Source: a virus (Duplodnaviria > Heunggongvirae > Uroviricota > Caudoviricetes). Taken from it: a DNA stretch of 64,000 nucleotides. Of this stretch, positions 58,387-64,000 are shown piece after piece. The notes below the pieces were generated by a model, which had not been told where the DNA came from, did not search any database, and worked only from the letters and a program-made list of their open reading frames with translations. The stretch's first letter is position 1. Each line of letters starts with the position of its first letter. The stretch spans positions 102,155 through 166,154 of IMG/VR virus record IMGVR_UViG_3300044712_000568; one strand, written 5' to 3'. Position numbers and translations under genes: made by a program.

Positions 58387-59029
58387 ACTTATATCATTAC
58401 TTCCGTCCAAATATTATAAATATGTTGCTGGAACTATTGCTTTATGTATCTTATTACCCTTAGGATATTATAGTGTTCAGGGATATTTTGCTAAACGAAT
58501 ATTAGACCGTCAAACTGAACAAATTAAGGTGCTGACTAATGAAATTAGTACGCTTAAGGGAGAAAAAGCAGTCAAAGCGAAAGAAGCTGAAAAAGCTGTT
58601 GACGCGTTTTACAATCAAAAAGATCGTGCCGATAAAGCCGAAGCAAAACTAGCTCAGTTAAAACCAGTAGTACTGCCTTCTGTAAACGGCTCTTCTGACT
58701 CCACAACAACCAATGTTTCAGTTACTCCAGATTGTATGGAACAAATTAAATTAGTTCAAGAACAGTATGTAGCACGAGAAGAAGTATTTCAAGAAGTCAT
58801 AACAGAACAAAAAACAACTATAACGAATGCTACTGCAGCGATTGAAAAACTACAAGATGAAGTTATTACAGACAATAAAATTATTGCTAAATTTGATGAA
58901 AAAGATAAAGTAAAAGATGCCCAATTAGCTGCTTCTGAAAAACGAGCAAATAGTGAAGAATCGAAAAAGAAAATATATAGAACTACTACTGGAGTATTGG
59001 GTGTAATAGTTTTAATCTTAGTATTATAA
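58373..59029 (+). CDS. Membrane-anchored coiled-coil protein, spanin/holin-like candidate
   Basis: N-terminal and C-terminal hydrophobic segments flank a coiled coil; directly upstream of the endolysin. Confidence 0.5.
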   Translation: MDLTKLISLLPSKYYKYVAGTIALCILLPLGYYSVQGYFAKRILDRQTEQIKVLTNEISTLKGEKAVKAKEAEKAVDAFYNQKDRADKAEAKLAQLKPVVLPSVNGSSDSTTTNVSVTPDCMEQIKLVQEQYVAREEVFQEVITEQKTTITNATAAIEKLQDEVITDNKIIAKFDEKDKVKDAQLAASEKRANSEESKKKIYRTTTGVLGVIVLILVL

Positions 59030-59047
59030 AAATAATAGATTTAAAAT

Positions 59048-59077
59048 AGCCTCCTAATTAAGTTTAGGAGGCTTTTT
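59048..59077 (+). promoter_or_regulatory. Terminator-like hairpin sequestering the endolysin Shine-Dalgarno
   Basis: AGCCTCCTAA-TTAAGT-TTAGGAGGCT followed by TTTT; AGGAGG at 59066-59071 lies in the 3' arm, ATG at 59079. Confidence 0.85.
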
Positions 59078-59078
59078 C

Positions 59079-59741
59079 ATGGCGGATTTTAAGTTAGCAA
59101 TAGAAAAAACATTAGCCTATGAAGGTGGTTATACTAATAATATCAATGATCCAGGTGGCGCAACTAATTGGGGAATTACATTAGGTGTACTTCAAGAACA
59201 AGGTACTATTGGAGATTACGATCATGACGGCGATGTAGATAAAACTGATGTGCAAATCATGTCTAGAGAAGCCGCAGAAGAAATTTATAAACGTCTTTAT
59301 TGGAATGGTGATAATATTCAATCACAAGCTATAGCAGAAAAGAATTTCGATATGGGTGTTAACATGGGAACTGCAGTTGCTGCTAAATTATTACAGCAAG
59401 CTCTTGTAGCCTGTGGATTTTCTGTAATTGCCGATGGAAAATTGGGACCAAAAACAGTTAATGCTATTAATGCTTCCCCAGAATCCGGCCTTATGACAGC
59501 TTTATGCAATCTACAAGAAACTCGTTATTGGGATATTGTACAACACGATTTGGAAAAAAATGCCGCCGCTAGAAATTGGCCCGAATCTTTAGCGTATGAT
59601 GCTATTACTGCATGTAAAGCAAAAAATTTACCTATTGCTTTATCTTGTTTGCAAAGAGCCAGACAACTAAGACTAAGAGAAGGTAAGTTAGTTTTTCTTA
59701 ATGGCTGGCTAAAACGTGGTGGAGATAGATTTGGGGTATAA
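59079..59741 (+). CDS. Endolysin, glycoside hydrolase family 108 with PG-binding_3-type C-terminus
   Basis: YEGGYTNNINDPGGATNWGIT; FDMGVNMG; FLNGWLKR. Confidence 0.92.
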   Translation: MADFKLAIEKTLAYEGGYTNNINDPGGATNWGITLGVLQEQGTIGDYDHDGDVDKTDVQIMSREAAEEIYKRLYWNGDNIQSQAIAEKNFDMGVNMGTAVAAKLLQQALVACGFSVIADGKLGPKTVNAINASPESGLMTALCNLQETRYWDIVQHDLEKNAAARNWPESLAYDAITACKAKNLPIALSCLQRARQLRLREGKLVFLNGWLKRGGDRFGV

Positions 59742-59793
59742 TGTTTTTCTTTAAATATACGATACTCTCAATATCCAACAGGAGAAAGTCGTA

Positions 59794-60039
59794 ATGGCTG
59801 AAGAAAAGAAGAATACCCTTGAGTTTTCAGATAATGAGTTAAACATTCTTAATGATATTATCCGTCAGCATAAGGTACAATTAACAAATGAAGAGCTAGT
59901 TCTCTTGGCAATGGGTAAGAGAAGTACTCCTTTAATTGATATTACAGTAAAGATTGGTTCCGCTTGGGAACGCAGAGCTGCCGAATTACAGGCACCAGCC
60001 GCTGAAGTTCCTGCAGCTCCAACAGATTCACAGAATTAA
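59794..60039 (+). CDS. Hypothetical protein
   Basis: CAGGAG SD; 81 aa. Confidence 0.65.
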   Translation: MAEEKKNTLEFSDNELNILNDIIRQHKVQLTNEELVLLAMGKRSTPLIDITVKIGSAWERRAAELQAPAAEVPAAPTDSQN

Positions 60040-60063
60040 TTGTAGTTCTCTCGAGAGGTGACT

Positions 60064-60198
60064 ATGAAAAACGGAAGCGAAAAGCACGACAAGGGTTCAA
60101 TTAAGAAAGGCCCAGTCGAAAAGCATAAGAAAGAGCAGCATGTAGTGCCTGCCAAAAAGGGCAATAAGCCAGATCCCTTTGCTAAGGGCGGCAAGTAA
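60064..60198 (+). CDS. Small very basic protein (44 aa); not in ORF track
   Basis: GAGGTG SD; MKNGSEKHDKGSIKKGPVEKHKKEQHVVPAKKGNKPDPFAKGGK; capsid-like codon usage; followed by a terminator. Confidence 0.75.
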   Translation: MKNGSEKHDKGSIKKGPVEKHKKEQHVVPAKKGNKPDPFAKGGK

Positions 60199-60220
60199 TA
60201 ACCAGCAGCTGTATGAATGA

Positions 60221-60249
60221 AATGAGGTCCTTCGGGGCCTCATTTTTTT
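60221..60249 (+). terminator. Rho-independent terminator with C(UUCG)G loop
   Basis: AATGAGGTCC-TTCG-GGGCCTCATT followed by TTTTT. Confidence 0.9.
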
Positions 60250-60335
60250 GTCAAAATATGCCGATACTAAATTGACAGAAAAGTGCATTTTTGGCAGGTG
60301 GCCATTTTGCAATTAAATGTACGGGAGAAGAAATA

Positions 60336-62927
60336 ATGAGTCGTGAAGTACAGGATTTAGTTGCTAAGTTCTTAGAGGATAAGCAACTTACGAAAGAATC
60401 AGCAACTCCGCAGCAATTGTCTGATGCGCAAGCTTTTGAAAGTTGCTATAACTGGTATAGAACTAAGATGAATGTTCTACCAGAAAATGCAGAACTCGCT
60501 GCTAAGGTATGGTTACAAAAATATGCTTTACATGATAAGTCTGGAATGTGTCTAGAAAAGACTCCAGAAGATATGTGGGATAGAGTAGCAAATTCACTTA
60601 CAGATGAAGAGATTCTTACTAATCCTACTGCGTTAAATAGAGATGAAGTATTTGCAGAATTTCGTTCTATTCTTGACGGATTTAAATATACTCCTCAAGG
60701 ATCTGGATTATTCGCATTAGGTAATCCATATGTGAAATCTTCTGCATCAAATTGTTTTGTATTGCCTTCTCCAGAAGATAGTTTAGATAGTATTTTTGAG
60801 ACCGCTAAACTAATGGCAAAGATTTATGCCTTTCGTGGTGGAATCGGAATTGACATTTCAAATCTACGGCCTTACGGTGCTTCCACAAATAACGCCGCAC
60901 GAAGCTCCACGGGTGCTGCAAGCTTCATGGATTTCTATTCCTATGTAACTGGCATGATCGGACAGCAAGGCCGTAGAGGCGCTCTTATGCTCACCATGCG
61001 AGTGGATCACCCTGACATTTTTCGCTTTATTGAAATGAAGCGTGACTTGGATAAGCAGCCCTTTTTCGATGAGCTAGCAGAGGCTGGTATTAACATCAAC
61101 GATTACAAACATTCTGCAATTGCAGATCGGTTGAAGTCTGCATCACATTCTAATGTCTCTGTTCGTTTGACCAAGGCTTTTATGGAAGCTGTGAAAAATG
61201 ATACTGAGTTTGAACTTTATTTTGATTATGACCCAGCTTCTGGAAAACCTCGTCATTCTGAATTTGTAAAAGCTAAGTCTATTTGGGACAAATTAATGCA
61301 CTCTGCATGGGAATCAGCAGAGCCTGGAATTCTTAATTGGGATCATATTCTTGAAGAAAGTCCAGCGGATCAGTATCTTAATTTAACGGATATTGATTAT
61401 ACAGATCCCGCCACTGGGGAAAAGAAAACTGTATCTTATTCTTTCCGAACTCTTTCTACAAATCCCTGTGGAGAGGTTCCACTTTCAGGAGGAGATTCTT
61501 GCTGCTTAGGAACCTTCTTTTTGCCAGCTTTCGTAAAGAATCCTTGGACAAAAGATGCTTATTTTGACTTTGCAATGTATGAACAGCATATCAAAGTAGG
61601 AGTTAAAGCGCAAGATAACATTAAGAATTGGGATTCTAGAATTCTTCCATTAGAAATTAATAGAATTTCTGCCATTCTTGGTCGGCGTATTTCTTTAGGA
61701 AATCATGGCTTAGCTGATTGTTTGGCTAGTCTTGGACTTAAATATGATTCAGAGGAAGCAAGACTTCAGACCGATAAAATTTATGAGTGTTTAAAAAATA
61801 CTGCATATGAACAGTCTTCCGATCTCGCTGAGTTGAAGGGTACCTTCCAAGTATTTGACTACGAAAAGCATAGCAAATCTCCTTTCTTCAAGCGTTTACG
61901 AGATTCTGTAAAAAAGAAGATTAAGAAAAATGGTTTACGTAATATTGCCCTGTTAACAAATGCTCCTACTGGATCTATGTCAGTTCTTTCTCGTAATTGT
62001 TCTTCTGGAATTGAACCAGTCTTTATGAAGTCTTATAATAGAAATGTAAAAGTTCCAGGAACTAACGATTTTGAAACTTTTGTTGTTTATCATCAAGCAT
62101 TAGAAGATTGCTTACAAGCTGGCGGAAATACTGACGTATTTATTGAAGCTGGAAATATTGACCCAGAAAAGCGAGTAGAACTTCAGGCCACTATTCAGAA
62201 GCATATTGACCATGCTATCAGTGTTACTACTAATCTAAAATCTGATGCTACTGTAGAGACAGTAGAACTTCTATATAAAACAGCGTTTGAGAAGGGCTGT
62301 AAGGGATTTACTATTTACCGAGATGGTAGTAGAACTGGTGTTCTTAACGCAATTAAGAGCCCCGAAAAGACTCACAAAGTCATGGAACGCCCTAAAACTA
62401 CTAGTATTGATATTCATAAGGTTAAATATCGTGACAAGCAGTGGGCGGTTCTCGTTGGTAGAGTTGATAATGGTCCGATTGAAGTATTTGCTGGTATTGA
62501 GGAAGATACGCCTCTACCAAATAAATATCATCGTGCAGAATTGACTAAGAAATCAAGAGGGCATTACTCTCTGACTGTGTATCTTTCTGAGGATGAAGAT
62601 GATGTAATCAAGATCAATAATATTGGCGCAAGATTCCCACTTCCTGAAGGAATGACTCTTACTCGTTTTATCTCATTGGCCTTAAAGAATGGAGTTCCTG
62701 TTTCAGCTATTTGTGAACAGCTTACAAAATCTTCTAGCTCAATGTTTGATTATCCTGCCGTATTAAATCGAGTGTTAAAGAGTTATATTACTGCTGAAGA
62801 ATATAGCGCAAATGTTGGGGATAAACCTTGTCCCGAATGTGGTAAGTCATTAAAATTTAGAAAGCAAGATGGCTGTATGGTAGAATACTGCGAAAGTTGT
62901 AGCTACTTAAACAGTAAATGCGGTTAA
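60336..62927 (+). CDS. nrdJ: Class II (adenosylcobalamin-dependent) ribonucleotide reductase
   Basis: Likely start MSREV at 60336 (GGGAG SD). SNCFV, LRPYG, TNPCGEV, NAPTGS, C-terminal extra domain and CPEC...CESC...C. No small subunit adjacent. Confidence 0.9.
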   Translation: MSREVQDLVAKFLEDKQLTKESATPQQLSDAQAFESCYNWYRTKMNVLPENAELAAKVWLQKYALHDKSGMCLEKTPEDMWDRVANSLTDEEILTNPTALNRDEVFAEFRSILDGFKYTPQGSGLFALGNPYVKSSASNCFVLPSPEDSLDSIFETAKLMAKIYAFRGGIGIDISNLRPYGASTNNAARSSTGAASFMDFYSYVTGMIGQQGRRGALMLTMRVDHPDIFRFIEMKRDLDKQPFFDELAEAGININDYKHSAIADRLKSASHSNVSVRLTKAFMEAVKNDTEFELYFDYDPASGKPRHSEFVKAKSIWDKLMHSAWESAEPGILNWDHILEESPADQYLNLTDIDYTDPATGEKKTVSYSFRTLSTNPCGEVPLSGGDSCCLGTFFLPAFVKNPWTKDAYFDFAMYEQHIKVGVKAQDNIKNWDSRILPLEINRISAILGRRISLGNHGLADCLASLGLKYDSEEARLQTDKIYECLKNTAYEQSSDLAELKGTFQVFDYEKHSKSPFFKRLRDSVKKKIKKNGLRNIALLTNAPTGSMSVLSRNCSSGIEPVFMKSYNRNVKVPGTNDFETFVVYHQALEDCLQAGGNTDVFIEAGNIDPEKRVELQATIQKHIDHAISVTTNLKSDATVETVELLYKTAFEKGCKGFTIYRDGSRTGVLNAIKSPEKTHKVMERPKTTSIDIHKVKYRDKQWAVLVGRVDNGPIEVFAGIEEDTPLPNKYHRAELTKKSRGHYSLTVYLSEDEDDVIKINNIGARFPLPEGMTLTRFISLALKNGVPVSAICEQLTKSSSSMFDYPAVLNRVLKSYITAEEYSANVGDKPCPECGKSLKFRKQDGCMVEYCESCSYLNSKCG

Positions 62928-62935
62928 GGAGCATT

Positions 62936-63322
62936 ATGAATAAAATTGAACCTGGAAGTATTGTAATATTAAAAACTGGCGGTCCAAGAATGACTGTTAT
63001 AAATGTAAATAGAAAAGGAAAGTGCTCATGTGCTTTCTTTGTTGGAGATGGTTTACATCGAATTAAGCTTCCTATGGATAGTTTAGAGAACGTAACAGAA
63101 ATATCTTATGATGAAGCAACAGTTTTACCAGAAAAGAAACCATTTGATGAAATTATTCAACATAGAGATGACTCTGATGCTACTAATTTAGTAGATGATT
63201 CTACTATGGTTGTATTAACTAAGTATATTAAAGAAGATCAGCCGATGGTTCTAGCAAGAATTGACAATGAAATTATCTTTTCTGCTGCCATAGAGGAAGC
63301 AGATACTGTGAAAGAGGTGTAA
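62936..63322 (+). CDS. DUF2158/YodC-like protein
   Basis: Start MNKIEPG (AAGGAG SD); GSIVILKTGGPRMTV motif. Confidence 0.7.
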   Translation: MNKIEPGSIVILKTGGPRMTVINVNRKGKCSCAFFVGDGLHRIKLPMDSLENVTEISYDEATVLPEKKPFDEIIQHRDDSDATNLVDDSTMVVLTKYIKEDQPMVLARIDNEIIFSAAIEEADTVKEV

Positions 63323-63323
63323 T

Positions 63324-63740
63324 ATGAGTAGACGCAGATTGACTCATTATTGACTATTTAATATTACAGAATGTAAATATATAGAAATATTAAATATTCC
63401 GTTATATTTATCCGCTAAACAAGTACAGAACTTCCTGTCTCTTTTATCCACTCCCAATTGGTGGAAGCTAAGAGGCAGGGAGTCTCTTTATTTATGGTCA
63501 CCGCCAGTTAGTAATTTTAAGAATCCTCGTATAGTTACACTAGACCAATGCGGATTGGAAGAACGCGTATATGAACCATTAGAATTTGTTATAGAGCAAG
63601 TTTATAACGCATATCCAAAATTTCCACTTAAATGGTGGTATAACGAAACAAAAGCTTGGTTATTAGAGGGAAGTAAGCATAAATCATTAATAAAAACCAA
63701 TATAAAACCAATAAAACAGAAAAAGGTGCAACATGGGTAA
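63324..63740 (+). CDS. Hypothetical protein with in-frame TGA at codon 10 (paralogue A)
   Basis: AGAGGTG SD plus ATG 63324; a single TGA at 63351-63353, then open to TAA 63740. The track ORF 63555-63740 is only its 3' part. Confidence 0.7.
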
Positions 63741-64000
63741 AAGATTAACTCACTATTGAATTTATATTATTACAGAAGGAATGATGTTTAATTATAAGGG
63801 AGAACCCTTATATTTTACAAAATCGCAAGCTAATAAAATACTGCATTCTCTAATTAATGATGAATGGTGGACATACAATTGGCAGGGTAAAGAGACACCC
63901 GCTTTACCGCACCGTAAATTTCAATTAGAAGAATTTTTTATTGAACAAGTACATAATGTAGCAGGAAAAGTAGTTAAAAAGTACTCTACTAAATATTTAC
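63733..64000 (+). CDS. Hypothetical protein with in-frame TGA at codon 9 (paralogue B, partial)
   Basis: AAGGTG SD plus ATG 63733; TGA at 63757-63759, then open to the window end; aligns with paralogue A. Confidence 0.7.

Noticed and set aside
60272-60300. Perfect TTGACA as a sigma70 promoter for nrdJ
   Set aside because: No -10-like hexamer at 16-18 nt spacing.
3852-62544. Short ORFs antisense to or nested in major genes (e.g. 17131-17445, 23874-24275, 28359-28955, 31951-32367, 56476-57015)
   Set aside because: They are shadow ORFs of real genes with no SD or recognisable motifs; stop-free antisense frames are expected from codon bias.
23195-62927. Inteins or introns in sheath, terminase, UvsX or RNR
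   Set aside because: No intein splice motifs or frame breaks; lengths are explained by ordinary insertions or extensions.
1-64000. Genome-wide TGA=Trp (code 4) reassignment
   Set aside because: All long ORFs, up to 1700 aa, are uninterrupted in code 11 and use TGG for Trp, and four genes plausibly end in TGA. Only the two edge paralogues have internal TGA.

Overview
This window is an AT-rich segment of a large T4-superfamily-like myovirus (jumbo-phage style) with two divergent arms that switch at a GC-rich non-coding region (~40.4-40.9 kb). The minus arm (40386 to 1, in transcription order) carries gp32-like SSB, UvsX/RecA, a sigma-like protein, putative TerS, TerL, portal, core proteins, prohead protease, scaffold, major capsid protein, an HNH endonuclease, dNMP kinase, tail tube, sheath, hub proteins, tape measure, gp26/gp51-like chaperones, fibre and wedge proteins, a gp15-like tail terminator and a gp6-like wedge that runs off the left edge. 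The plus arm carries a degenerate and an intact 5'-3' exonuclease, an HD nucleotidase, primase, about 13 kb of unknown proteins (including 1700 aa), a Cas4/RecB-like nuclease, a GH108 endolysin and a class II RNR. I saw no tRNA, CRISPR array or intein. The main unexplained signals are as follows. (1) Two tandem paralogues at the right edge keep an in-frame TGA at the same homologous codon (RLTHY*), although the rest of the window reads in standard code. (2) The endolysin Shine-Dalgarno is locked in a hairpin whose arm and loop hold a recurrent AATTAA motif. (3) There are two recurrent upstream motifs, AATTAAnT and CGATAYT. (4) A small Cys-containing protein copies the predicted mature N-terminus of the capsid protein (TTSSSVATY). 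(5) A candidate +1/-2 frameshift may fuse the gp26-like and gp51-like ORFs. All family assignments come from motif recognition by eye; no database search was run.
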